NCBI GenBank assembly: GCA_036172245.1
Contig: JAYWIR010000003.1
Coordinates: 5,084,001 to 5,148,000 of the forward strand
Source of the DNA: Raillietiella orientalis
Taxonomy: Eukaryota
Length of the DNA stretch: 64,000 nt
Reading direction: 5' to 3'
A model generated the notes under the pieces. The model searched no databases. It was not told the DNA's origin and saw only the letters and a program-made list of their open reading frames with translations. The translations under genes were made by a program, and so were the position numbers. Below are positions 11,001 to 22,149 of this stretch, in pieces. The first letter of the stretch is position 1. Each line of letters opens with the position of its first letter.

Positions 11001-14000
11001 CCCCCAACCCACTCCTTTTCCTCCCTGCCTCCCGCGATCCCTATGCGACACGTCCTTCTCCTTCCCAGCAATCCAAGAAAAGGGAGAGAACTCCGGGAAG
11101 CTCCACCTTCTCCCGCCTCCGCGCCACCACTGGGCGTTCTTCTTACGTCTCCCCTTCTCCCACCCGTCGTTCTGCCTCCTACAGACGGGGTAACACTCGG
11201 CACCGCCTCTCCCCTGTGGTGGCAGTCCCAGAGGTGCCATCTGCTAGCAGCGCCATCTGCCACCGACTTGGTGGCACAGTACATTACTCCCGCTCTTTGC
11301 AGACTCGCTGGCAGGACCAGTGGCTGGAGAAGTACAGGCAGCGAGCAACCGGCCTGCCCATCACCCAGGTCCAGAGGCTGGGAAAGCAGATCCTGGAAGC
11401 TCTGGTCTTCCTGGAGCACAGAGGGTTCCCGTTCTTCGGACACCTTCACTCCGGCAACGTCATCGTCCAGAACGGCGTTGCGAGGTAGCAGGGGCTGGCG
11501 GGAAGGAATGGGGTGGGGTAGAGGGGGTTGGTCTCTTCTGGTCGTTCCGTCGATCCCCTCGCGGGAGAAGAAGAAGTAAAAGACTGCAAGTGATCAGAGC
11601 CGCCCCGCCCTCTGTCCTTGTGAACCTCCTGCCGGCGGCGAGAAGGGTCGAGGACGATCCCGGACTCGGGAGGGGGGATTCACGTGGGTCATCTCGGCAG
11701 GAGAACGACAGCGCCTCAGGGAACGCGCGTTTCCTCCGGGCGTCGGCAGGAAGCGGGGGCCACGGGGGAGGACCGCGGATGGGCACCGCGCAAAGCCAGG
11801 AAACGCGTGGCAACCCTGGCAACGCGTGGGAATGCCTGCTGGCTCGATGCTTTCCTTCTCTTGCATCGTCTGCCTACTCCTCTTTCCCCTCTCTCCTTCC
11901 GTGCTGTGAGGACACCCGTGGATGGCGGTCTCCATGGCTACTGCTATTCTTGGAAATCCCGTTCCCGATCCGATCTCTCATCGGCTTTCCGTGAGAGAAC
12001 GGGCAGCGCTCCATAGCTGCCCAATTCCCCACCCATTCGGAAATTGGGCAGCCCATGGAACGCGGCCGGAGGGTGAGTTCCCCCTCCCCTCCTTTCCCGT
12101 CCATGCGCTCCTCCTGGAAGAGGAAGTCGCCCGAGGAAATGCAGGAGAAGGTCCGGGGGTCCGAGGCCGCCCTTCCCCATGCGACCCATTTCTGGAGGAC
12201 AGCCCTGCCGTTCGGCGGGAAAGTCCGACTCCGGAGTGGGAGCTGAGCCGGTCAGGGGCCGTGGTCCGGCCATCGTCCGGGAGTCCCTGAAAAGGAGGGA
12301 TCGGGGGGTGCCAGCGAGAGGAGGACACGGGAGCATCGTCCAGATCTCAGGGCGGGGTCCTCTGAGGTGTGACCTCCGGAACGCAGGAGAGGGCGTCCCC
12401 TTTCAGGCGGGGGAGTGGACCGGTCGCGAAGAGGAGCTACGAGGCGCCTGCGGAAAGCGACGGCGGCTGCCCTTGAGGGAGTCACCGACTCGGATCAGCG
12501 GGAAGGAACACGAATCCTCTTTTCGGTCCGAAGGCACCCCATTTTGTGTCAGGGGAGCGGTGGCTCATTCTTGAGGGGACGTCGGAGTCAGAAGCGTTCG
12601 GCTGACTGCCCTCCGCCCCCTAAAGGGAAGACGGATCGAGACTCCCATGTGACCCCCTGCAGGTTGTCCGGGCTAGAGAACGCCCTCCTGGGCTACCGGT
12701 CGCGCATCCATCCCCTCGTCAAGAGAATCACCGGGAAGGACACGAAGGTCGCCGTCAACATCGTCTGCTTCGGTAGGTTTCCCCTTCCTCTTCCTGGAAA
12801 AGAGCTCTCCGAGTGATGCCCCTCGGTCAGGTCACGTCCTGTTCGAAATGTGCGCGGGCTACGAGCTCAGCGTCCCCCAGCCAACCCTGGAGCACCTGAA
12901 GGACATTCAGGAGTACCCGCAGGTGAGGATACGGGGGAGGGAGGACTATCCCGGAAGACTCAGAGGGAAGGATCCTTCCTTGTAGGTCGTGCGGATCCTG
13001 CAGTACATCTTCCACAGGGACGTCTTCCCCTCTCTGGAAGAGCTGCTCTTCCTCGACTTCTTCCGAAGCATCGACCTCCGGGAGCTCTGCTACATTAAGA
13101 CTTCGGTGAGCCCCAGGGGGTGGGACAGGCGGTCTCTTCCCCCTCCTCTGCCAGCAAGCAGGGGGGACAAGAGCGGCAGACAAGGGGGAGTGACCTCAGG
13201 AAGACTCCGAGTGACCTGGAAGCGCCGAGGACAGAACCTGCTATGAAAAACTCCGTTTGCTTTCTCCTCCCCTCCTCCGTGCCGCCGCCCCAGCACCACC
13301 CGGCAGCGAGCGCGGTCGCGGACGTGAGTACGACGTCGGTGACATCGACACGCTGGAGGGGACTGGAGGGGGGAGTCCCGCGTTGTCCCTTTCAAGGGCG
13401 AGGCACGCGCCTCTCTGCTTGCGACCGCGCGGGTTCCAAGGCATGGTGCGCGGGGAGGTCATCCTCCGCTCATCCGGTTTCCATGGCAACGGAAGCCCTC
13501 TCTCCGACAAATGCGCGCCTTCGGCAGGCTCCACCTTTCGGTCCTCCTCAGAGTCCAAGCAGCGTCCTTCGGGCTGGGGCTCTCCCTCTTGTGCACTTTC
13601 CAAGTCGGGAGGGAACATACCGTTCCGCCCATCGCATTCTCCAAGGTCCCGGGATGGGAAGTGGGCGGCGGTCGCGGGATTAACGAGGCAAGACGCAGCG
13701 GAGGAAGGGAGGGGGAGGATTCCGGCTCGCGGTATCCCAGGCAACCTGATCTGACCTCGCCTCTCTTTCTCCCACAGCCATCCCTGAAGAGCTCCGTGTC
13801 TCCTGCCGTGACGAAGCTCCTGCAGGAACTGGCGAAACGGGTTCCAGGGATGAGGTGAGTCCCTGGAGGTCCTTTTGGGGAGCGCTCGGGGGAATGCCAG
13901 CCCGCATCCTGCCAGCGGCCTCTCCGCCGGCTCCGGTCCGCCACCCCACTCTCGGGGGAAGCTGACCACGCTACCCCATCTCCGAGGAAGTATGCGACGA

Positions 14001-14909
14001 ATCGTCCGCGCTCCCTCTTTTCCTGAGACCTTCCCCTTCCTTCGCGGCATTCTTTTCCCTCCCCCGATTCTGGGTATGTCTCTCCCTCCTCAGCGGTCCG
14101 TCGAGCTACCCAACATCATCGCCCGAAGGACGCTACGCGCGGCTCTCCCTTGCAGCTGGCCACTTCCGGGCTTCCACCCTTCCAAGGAGCGCCCCGAGAA
14201 TTTCGCTTCTTCCTCTTCCTGTGCTTCCAGCCGGGCATCGGCCTGAGCGGGCCCCGACGGCGCTGCGCGCGCCCACCTTCGAGAGAATTTTGCCAAGGGC
14301 GGCGGGGGAGCTGTGTGGGTGGCGGATGGGGGTTTGCCTGCGGCCTCGGCGAGCGCTTCCGGGCTCTGAAAGAGAGAGGAGGGGCACCTCCAGGGGTTCA
14401 TCACCAGGGCGACGGCCGCCACATACTCGGAACCCCAGGAGGCGAGCTGCGGAGGGTTGGAGCCCCTGTCCACGTCCTCATCCGTGACCTCGTCTGGCTA
14501 CTTCACTCCCAACAGCTACCAAGGAGCGCGGGATCTCTCCGAGAGTCACCCCGCCGATGACGCCTTCTCCGGGCAGATCAGCTGCCCTCCCTGCCAGGTT
14601 CGTGGTCTACGCCGGACAACTGAGAGGTCAGTAGCCGAACCTGCCCCTTCCTGGCAGCCTGAGGAATTCACTACGCCTCCTCCCTCGCCCGAGATGCTGG
14701 CCAGGCGCTTCTGCTCTCCCAGGGCCTCAGTCACCCTCCAGGAGAATAGCGATGGCGTTGGAGGCGACCCTTTCTGCCAACCCCCCTGCTCGCACGTGAA
14801 GAAGCGCACCGTCAATTCCTGCCACGATGGGAGAGAGGGGACGGGAGATCCAGCGGGAGGAAGCTCCGCCAGGAAGCAGACCCACCTGTGGTTCACCAAG
14901 TTCAAGTGA
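1803..14909 (+). CDS. Slob: Slowpoke-binding protein (Slob; PXK-related pseudokinase), multi-exon gene model
   Basis: Phase-consistent GT-AG exons join into LEHLNDIGSRIDKHWFLVRDTTLKTERLLTL...LQHPYIYPVLDLDF...PFNDKGSLKDLIYR-TRWQDQW...GLPITQVQRLGKQILEALVFLEHRGFPFFGHLHSGNVIVQNGVARLSGLENALLG...IVCFGHVLFEMCAGYEL...DFFRSIDLREL, which I recognise as the arthropod Slob kinase-like domain. Confident exons: 6936-7129, 7255-7523, 11303-11484, 12663-12772, 12831-12922, 12986-13105, 13778-13854. Probable: 1803-2024, 2250-2572, 5930/5953-6036, 14408-14909. Tentative: 4986-5042, 5246-5282, 6443-6540, 14094-~14312. An acceptor (ttcag) ends at 1794, so further 5' exons may lie upstream or outside the window. 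Confidence 0.9.
2250..2572 (+). CDS. Slob: Probable Slob exon (ELQRRRRLAQEESL...NRRASDHYGESVDDE)
   Basis: Acceptor ttactgcag|G at 2249/2250 (phase 0), donor TG|gtaggc at 2572/2573 (phase 2). Coding-like codon usage. Phase 2 matches the 6936 acceptor. Confidence 0.7.
4986..5042 (+). CDS. Slob: Tentative small Slob exon (FREASGSYWNQDELSDHS)
   Basis: Strong pyrimidine tract plus tgcag acceptor. Open in phase 2 to phase 2. The donor cc|gtgcgc is weak. Confidence 0.3.
5246..5282 (+). CDS. Slob: Tentative 37-nt Slob micro-exon (SHPWKKFFPGPQ or IASLEEILPRTT depending on phase)
   Basis: Long polypyrimidine tract ending ttcattcccag and near-consensus donor CAG|gtaagc. Either open frame can join the 5953 or 5930 acceptor. 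Confidence 0.55.
5930..6036 (+). CDS. Slob: Slob exon with RRIFRRASEEMSASEAVETY motif (acceptor at 5930 or 5953)
   Basis: Resembles the FRRASE.WS...AVENTY segment I recall preceding the kinase-like domain in insect Slob. Donor TAC|gtgggt at 6036/6037. Confidence 0.7.
6443..6540 (+). CDS. Slob: Tentative Slob linker exon (TLPLCRPGSRWRGVLVSSVSKASRGSATSNGV)
   Basis: Acceptor cccccgtgcag and donor CA|gtgagt. Phase 0 to phase 2 bridges 6036 to 6936 with no stop. Confidence 0.55.
6936..7129 (+). CDS. Slob: Slob exon (...ARDSAALTCQYYLRSSGRYVLLEHLNDIG)
   Basis: Long pyrimidine tract plus ccag acceptor, donor G|gtaaga. Start of the conserved Slob domain. Confidence 0.88.
7255..7523 (+). CDS. Slob: Slob kinase-like exon (SRIDKHWFLVRD...HPYIYPVLDLDF...KGSLKDLIYR)
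   Basis: ttttccag acceptor, CGG|gtgagc donor, hallmark HPYIYP and GSLKDLIY motifs. Confidence 0.93.
8950..10750 (-). mobile_element. Decayed L1/Tx1-like non-LTR retrotransposon fragment inside a Slob intron
   Basis: Minus-strand remnants in the expected order: LPLLQRGSSQDGPQSPASL (cf. RGVRQGDPLSP.LF), TRVQMVARAGAF (cf. AYADD region), QLGELIWNGWYQTIGLGTF...DDPS (cf. zf-RVT). Strongly eroded; boundaries approximate. Confidence 0.4.
11303..11484 (+). CDS. Slob: Slob kinase-like exon (TRWQDQW...GHLHSGNVIVQNGVAR)
   Basis: ctttgcag acceptor, AG|gtagca donor, GRQILEAL-like and GHLHSGN motifs of the PXK/Slob family. Confidence 0.93.
12663..12772 (+). CDS. Slob: Slob exon (LSGLENALLGYRSRIHP...NIVCFG)
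   Basis: ccctgcag acceptor (phase 2), G|gtaggt donor (phase 1). Confidence 0.92.
12831..12922 (+). CDS. Slob: Slob exon (HVLFEMCAGYELSVPQPTLEHLKDIQEYPQ)
   Basis: Follows a 58-nt intron, CAG|gtgagg donor. Not in the ORF track in this frame; translated by hand. Confidence 0.92.
12986..13105 (+). CDS. Slob: Slob exon (VVRILQYIF...DFFRSIDLRELCYIKTS)
   Basis: Follows a 63-nt intron, ttgtag acceptor, TCG|gtgagc donor, conserved FFR.IDLRE motif. Confidence 0.92.
13778..13854 (+). CDS. Slob: Slob exon (PSLKSSVSPAVTKLLQELAKRVPGM)
   Basis: Branch-like ctgac, pyrimidine tract and cacag acceptor, consensus AG|gtgagt donor (phase 2). Confidence 0.85.
14094..14312 (+). CDS. Slob: Tentative penultimate Slob exon (GPSSYPTSSPEGRYARLSLAAGHFRASTLPR...); 3' boundary uncertain
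   Basis: Strong acceptor ctccctcctcag at 14093. The phase-2 frame is open to 14487, but no strong donor is visible. Confidence 0.4.
14408..14909 (+). CDS. Slob: Probable terminal Slob exon, Ser/Pro-rich tail ending KQTHLWFTKFK-stop
   Basis: Open frame with a natural-looking low-complexity tail (SSGYFTPNSY, EEFTTPPPSPE), TGA at 14907-14909, and a phase-2 acceptor caccag at 14407. The 5' boundary is uncertain. Confidence 0.55.
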
Positions 14910-15449
14910 CCACACGACCGCCTGAGGGAGGAAGAGGGGTGGCCCTGGAAAGAGCCCTCCCCTCCGCCATTCCGCCTTCCAGCTCCCCTCCCCTCCTCCT
15001 CTCACTGTTCCTCCGTCCACGTGAAGACACGCACTGCCGAGTCCCATTCGAGGAGGAACGGAGGAGGAGCAAAGGAGCCGTCCGGGAACGCGCGCACCCA
15101 AGCGCATCTTCAATACACGTCAGCTGGCGCCTGTCTGAGCCCTACTGTCGTTCTGTGGTACGTCACTCTAAGGGCCGCTGGACTACTGCAGGCCACCAGC
15201 CGCGCCACCGCCCCTCGCACCCCTCGGAGGGGCAGGTGTCAGCCCGCTGGCGGAAGGAGGTGGGGGCGTTGCAGGGCACCGCGCTCGGTGCCATTCTTGC
15301 ATCCACCTGTGGTTAGGGCAGCTGATGGAGGCCCACTGCTCCTTCGAGCGGGTGCATCAGCAGGAAGAACCCACTGTTCCTTTTCTTTTTTTCTCCTCCC
15401 CTGCATGTCCCTCCTGCTTCCGTGACCACTTTTTCCCAAGGGCACCACC

Positions 15450-16100
15450 ACCCATTCGGCCGCAGTGACTCGCGCTTCCACTCCTTCTGGCAGCCTTCCC
15501 GACTCCGGCGATGACTCCAGCGCGACGGCTGAGGGGGTCAGGCCGGGAGGAGGCGCTCGCACAAGCATGGAGGCGACATTTTCGGCGAACTAGAAAGCAT
15601 GTGCACACTCTCTTGCCTTCTTCGTTGATGACCTCGTCCCGCACGATCCCCTCTCCTTACCCTGTTCTGTTGTTGCTGATGGAACTCGGGAGAGGACGCT
15701 TTTCTTCCCGATGGACCCTAAAAATGGTCCAGATGGGGCCAGGGTACAAGGAGCAATTCTTTCCCCCAGCAAGCACCCCCTGAGGGCGTCGTTTCCTGCT
15801 CCCTTCTGCGATGCAGAAGGGGATGACTTGTTCTTCCTCTCTGCCACGTTGCAGGCCTTCCTTCCGTTGCCCAAACGCATGCGAGATGGGCCCATCTCTC
15901 TTCTCTGGGGACTGGGGGCACCTATTTGCGATATGACGTGCCGCAACTGACCTGATGTCCATGCACCCGTCGGATGGTAGGTCCGACGGGTGCACGCCAC
16001 TAAGGAGGCGTCGAGGACGACACCACCATCCCTGGTGATCTGCCATCTTCCGTCGGCGGTAGGTATCATTCATCTCCCTGAGGACCATCTCCTCTCCTGG
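15450..16100 (-). mobile_element. Decayed DIRS-like RNase H fragment
   Basis: VVLDASLVAC...TGAWTSGQLRHVISQI (cf. TTDAS..GWG...G.W...HIN.LEL), followed by KSVLSRVPSATT...GTRS (cf. V..DN.T...QGGTRS). Confidence 0.35.
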
Positions 16101-19100
16101 GTGGAGCCGCTTTGGAGCCTTCCAGCTGAGCTGGAGGATGCGCTGCTTCCGCGTGGTGGGTCATCAGGCGGACGGAGCCTGCCTCCTGACCACATGGGCG
16201 ACCCCTTCCAGCTTCACTTTCCCTCTAGTCCTTCGTCCTTCGCTTTCTGGCAGACGCCGGTTGTCGAGCCGCTTTCTCCTATTCCTGACATCCTCTCCTC
16301 GCCTCGTGACTCGGAGCTCCACTGATGACCATCAAGTCACGAAGACTAGCATGAAAGTGGATCCCGAAGCGGTTGTCTCCGCTGGTCTTCGGGCCTGCAT
16401 GTTGATCATTCCTCTTTGTCCTTTCCAGTCCCTTTCGAGTGTCCTTGACCTTTGCTTCTCACGCCTCGGCCTCCGTTTCCCCACTGGCTGTCCACTCGCA
16501 CCAGCATCCACCTTCAAGGGCGTGCTGCGTGCTCGAAGCGGTAGGATAGAGACGGGACGGAACAGGAAGGATGGGACTCTTTATGTAACATAAAAATATT
16601 TAAATACATTATTTATTCATTATATTGATTTTATTCCTGATTTTAATTATGTTATTTATAAAAAATCTTGAAAGTAGATTTAAAATATGCTTTGATTTAC
16701 AGTAAACCGCAAATGTTTTTTATAACAATCATTTATTATTAATATATAACATATTATCATTTAATTAAGAATATAAAAATTAATTCCCGCCGTAGGTACT
16801 GCTTCGTTGTTTCATCGCGTTTGTTGTTTCATTGGCCTTTTATCACGACCTTGTGAATCTCTTGATCTTTGCCGGCTCTGGAACTCTCAGAGCTTCGTCT
16901 TCGTCTTGTCTCCCTTCTTCGCAGAGGTGTTCCCTTCTGGATGATGAGGCCATCACCACTGTATCTGCAGTCGCCCAGCTCTGCTGACCTCTTCCGGACC
17001 CGGTCTCACCTGGTTCGCAAGAAGGATGCTGCAGACCAAATACGTCTATCTCTTACAAGAATCCCCCCACCACCACCACCACTACGACTGACTTCGGATT
17101 CCCGATCCAACGTTCCTCTTCCTTCATCCGACATGCGAACTCCAGGTGGTGCAGCGCTGTTTGATGCTCCCCGCTATCCTATAGGTTTATACCGTCCTCC
17201 GTACACCCCCAGGGGTGCATCCGGATTCTTAAGAGGAGCCTGTGGTTCCAGCGAACCCAGCGTTCTTTCTCGATGCTTCGCGGGATATGCGGTTGCCTTT
17301 GGCAACGGAGAAGGAAGAGGAGGGTGGAAGGTGAGTTCCTCCCGAAGCACCACGAACGCCTTCAGAAGATCGCGGGAGTCTCTCAGCCTCCTGAATAGGC
17401 AAACGGAAGGCTTCTAACCTCGAAAACCCCGCCGACGACGAGGGTCGCTGCTCCTCTAGACGGGTCCAGGGTCCTCTAGCAGGGTCCTCCAGACGCCCTG
17501 CAGGCGCAGCGGTCCCTGCTCGTTCGAGAGCCTACCCGCTCGGGCCAGTTTCAGCACTGATGTTTACGAAGGTGAAACCCGCTCTTTGCAGCTGCTGGAT
17601 CGCCATCGAGCGGCTCCGCTGGCGGCGGCAAAACAGCGTCTATTGAGCTGCTGCCGAAGAGTGGGGGCTCTCTTGCGAGGCGACGCACTAGGAGTGAAGG
17701 GATGACCGAGGAACCACAAAATCAGTCAATCAGTCCTGTAGTCGGGGTAACCCATCCGGAGATCCCGGAGACAGAATGGATTCTGAAAAAACTCCAGGAA
17801 GCTGAAGGAGCAGACGAGATGGGTCCTCAAGCACGAGGTGGCCAAGCCAACCTGAGGGGGACGCGTGGTTGGACTTCCACCCGACTGATCCGGAAGACGC
17901 AGGAAACGGGGAGGAGGTGCCGTAGGCGAGGAGACCGAACCGGAGACGCTGGACCAAAGCACGTGAAGATCAAGGGGGTCATCCCAGGAGAAGCGGATGC
18001 TAACAGTCCAGCGCGGACATCCACGGTTGCGGATGAGTCCAAGAAGAACACTGCTTCGGTGCGAGTGAATCCTCTCGGAATGCATGACGGCTTCCGGTGC
18101 TGCGAGAGGCACCATGGACTCCCGCAGTCCCGACCCGCCGTGCGCCAAGTGACGGCAGCTTTCTTTGGTCTTGCGTTTGCTTCCCCAACGTTCCGCTGGG
18201 CGTGCAGCTCCAAAGGGGCACTCAGGAGGTCGGAGAAATGAACCCTTCCGGTTGACGGGGTGCGGCCGCGCCCTACATCCGACGGACGATGACGCAGCAG
18301 TCCGCGTTGCAGACCAAAGCCCAGCGCCGATCCGTGAAAGCTCATTTGCTACTTGTGTTCGTCGAGGTCGACGGATGCATCCGGTTGCCAGGCCGACCGG
18401 ATGCCGTATCGGAAGAGGGGGGAACCCTTTGGACGTGTGGAACTTTGGGAGCCGGGCCGACGATCCTCCGCGAGGTCCCGCTGCGCCCTTAAAAGAAACT
18501 ACGAAAGACGGGAATCCACCGCGCCTTCGGAACGTGCAGGGAAGAGATGCTTCGAAAAAAGGGGCGTTCCTTCTCTCTCGGATGCCACTGTTTTCGAGGA
18601 GCAGCCTCAGCCCCTTTTCCCTTCTTTCCACTAAGGCCGTGTTGTGACGAAGGGAAGACGCAGATCCCCTAGGAGCGCGCGGCAATGGCACCCTCCCAGT
18701 CCGCGCTCGCATTTCAGGCGCATCTCGGCACACGCGTTCCGGGTGCGGTGGCCGTGTTGCTGGGTGCGCCTTTCTTCACCTCTCGAGCGAATGGACTGCG
18801 GAGAACGCGCCTTTGGGGCTGACGTCTCGGCCGACCACGGCGTGGCTACCCAAAGGTGGGTTCCCCTTCCCTCCTCCCCCACTCCTCGGGAGGTGCCATC
18901 ACGCGGAGGCACAGGCACGTGTGAGGCCGTTCTCGCGCTCAGCCAGGGGAAAGGACGCGCGCGGAGGAAGCGAGCGTTCCTCGAACCCCGCCTACGCGCG
19001 ATGCGGGACACACGCGGACAAGCGGATTACTCTGGCTGCAGCGCGTTTCCGGCGCGTGCAACGCCATTTTGACGAAGACATCGGTATGCCGCTTCCTTTT

Positions 19101-22100
19101 TTTTTTTTTCTCTCCTCCCGCCGGATGGAGTGGGCAGCTGCCGCGACGTTCAAGATCGAGGAGCCAGGGCAGCACCCTCCTGAAGACGGCGGGCTGACCG
19201 CAATTTTTTTTGCATCTTGACGCCCGAGCTGACCACCTGTGGACATCCGTCTCGCCACCCGCATAGCGCAGAGTAAACGAAAAACCTCGCCCCAGCGAAT
19301 CCGCGCTCCTCCACCCGAATGACTCCCACTGGGGTCACGTCTGCTGCCGACGCAAAATCAAGGGATCTGCTCCTGCATCCTCGAACTGACCGTCAAGGTG
19401 AAGCTAGCCGGTGGCTTTCGGGTGCAGACGCGTGGGAGGAATTCCGTCTGCTGGCGCATCATCCCGCGGTGCACTTCGAATGCATGTGACATAGTGAATG
19501 CGCCTGCCGAAAGCTTTCAAAAGCACCCTCGGTTGCCGCTCCTGTCAGAGAGGCCGGCGCCGGCAGATCTGACCAAGCGCGCACGCGCATGCCAGGGTAA
19601 CAGCTCCCTCCCTCCCGAGACCATTCGGGGGTGGGGTCGCTTCCGTCTTCATGAGCCACCGCCCTGCATGCGATGGCAAGGCCACGCCTTCCATCCGCGC
19701 GGCGGCCACCTCGCCGTCCGTTTCCGGAGCTGAGCACTGGCGTGTCCACACGGGGCAAGAGGTAGCGCCACTCCTTGACTGCGAGCGAAACCCAGCTTTC
19801 CCTCCCTCCCCTCCCCTCCTCTCTCTTTTCCTGAGGCTCGGGCGCCCCGCAGACGCAGCGACCAACGGCCCCTACAAGCACTGGCACAAATAGGAGTGTA
19901 TTTGTGGTCCCCTCCCTCCCGTTCCGGACTTTCGGCATACCGACCTGCGTGTCGGGGATCCCACCCCTTTCGTCTCTTGTTTTACCTTTGTCCAGGAACT
20001 CTGTTCCCGGATAGTTTTTAATAAACGCCCCGGCGCACCCGGGTGATAAACAAGCACTGGCACGTGCTTTCCGTGGACGACGAGCTACCAAGGAAACCAC
20101 TGTCACGGATTCTGCACGAAGACACGCGCCGCATCTTCCAGGTGCGCTTTTCCCGGGCTGCCCTGCGTTTCGCATATCCGCCTTCCCAAACCCTACAAAA
20201 GGAAACAGCGGATGGAGGGGTCAAAATGGGTCAAGTCAGGGGTCTCGCCTGCACACCAGCTCAGAGGTGCGCGTCCGTCCCGTAGCAGAACGAAGCTCCT
20301 GTTGCATCATGGTCCGAATATTCGCGGAGATCCCCTGATGCTTCTTAAGGCGACCAGCCATTGTCCTTGTCTCCCATTCTCTTCCCGCCATCAGCAACGC
20401 CCTCCTTCCAGGTCGCAAGACCCTAGCGCACACGTTCGTGGCTGCCAGAAGCGTGGCTTCAAGGCAGCCGCCACCTTTCTGCCGTCGTGGCTTTCTCCCC
20501 TACATGACAGAGGGGACGAAGAGAGACGCTGAGTGAGTGGAAGTAGGAGGGATCTCATTGGGAGACGCTGGTGCCTGCTCGTTCCTCCGAAGAAAGAAAA
20601 GGCACTCACGCATCCTCCTCTCAATTTCCGCTTCCTGCTCGTTCCCGGTGCCTGTCTCTTCGGGAGAAGCGAGTCTTCATGGAGTGGACCGCATCAACAG
20701 CGGGCAAAACCCTGAAGCAACCGTCGGATTGCTACACGAGATTGTCGCACCATGCGCAAGCGCGCGTTCAAGGCAGCATGTCGTAAGCTGACTTCAGATG
20801 CGAGACCTCCTTTGTTTTCTGCCCTTCCCCCCCCCTTCCCCCAAATCTTGAGCTTGTATGGATAAGACGAGTGAGCGCCCAAGCGACTCAGTGCAGATGA
20901 GCCGTCTCACGAAAACTGATTAGGCCGAGTCGATCGGAACGTGTGTCAAGGCACACGTTCGATCGACTTTGTTTACGTACACTGCCGTACATACTTCCGT
21001 CCAATAACTTTGCTTCTTCCAAACACAACAGCTCGGACTGCTGGATGTGGACAGCGTGCATCCCGAGCCAGAGTCGCTCATTAATCATGCATCTCGGGAC
21101 ACTTATGTTGCTGCGTTTGTGAAACGTGCGTTGAGTTCAAACAGGTACGGTAGTTATGCTCTCGCTGGAAGCTGCGTGGTCGAATCCTCTGATGGAATCA
21201 GAACACACATCTCAGAATGTCAGACTCTCGGGGGAATTCGTTTTCCTAGCGGATTCGAGCAAGGCAGAAGCGAAGATCTGAAGATCGCTGCTGACCATCA
21301 AAGGAAGTCGTTGGAAGCACGCTCTGGCGAGCAGCTGGTATTTGGAGCGCAACCGCTTCGCCGATGGAGGCAGCCGTCTCAGGAAGACACGCTGAGATAC
21401 GGTGCGCCCGCGCCGGAATCCCATCTTGCCTCTCCTTTCTTTTTTTTTTTTCTTCTTCTTCTTTCTTTCTGCCTGTGATTGCAATCATTTCTTCACGCTT
21501 GGTGAAGGAAACTCCTGTTTGTCGTAAATGCCACAGTTGAGAAAGGGAAGGGACGTGATTATATCACTGGAAGTTCGAAATCAGATGCAGGTAAGGGGAA
21601 AAGAAGAGATCACCGTTAGATCAGCAGAGAATACACATAAATGGGAAGAGGGAACAGGGGGGACCGTTCCTCCGTGCCGAGTGATGCTCTCATCCATTCT
21701 GATTGGATAATCGTGTCCTTGACTTTCACTTTGGTCGACGGAAAATCGGTTAAGCGCATCGGGGACATTTGAATTGCAGCAATGCATCTCACTTTACGCG
21801 GATGTGACAGCTTCACTCCGAAGCGAAAGAGCGCACTCCGAGGTACCTCGGCTCTTTCGGACGCCGTTGGTACCACCGGCGGGCGGCTTAAAGGCGTTGC
21901 TAAGTAAACTGAGCTTCCGAAAGGATGATTGCAATTAGCGGGTGGGAACTTTCCTCCTCGAAGCGGAACGCGTGGAGCTGCAACGGCCGAGGAGAGAAAA
22001 AAAAAAAAAAAAAAGGAAAAAGGAAAACCGCTCGGAAAACGGAGTGGTGGCCGAGGATCGGTGACTCAGGCGAGCGGTCGCGGGTTTTCCAGTGGAAGGC

Positions 22101-22149
22101 AGCTTCCACTCGGAAAGACTAGGATTTTATCTTGGGTGCAGACTGAGAA

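Noticed and set aside
16670..16720. Mitochondrial tRNA-Tyr-like / NUMT reading of the AT island (ctgtaaa loop on -)
   Set aside because: The anticodon stem does not pair and no cloverleaf can be drawn.
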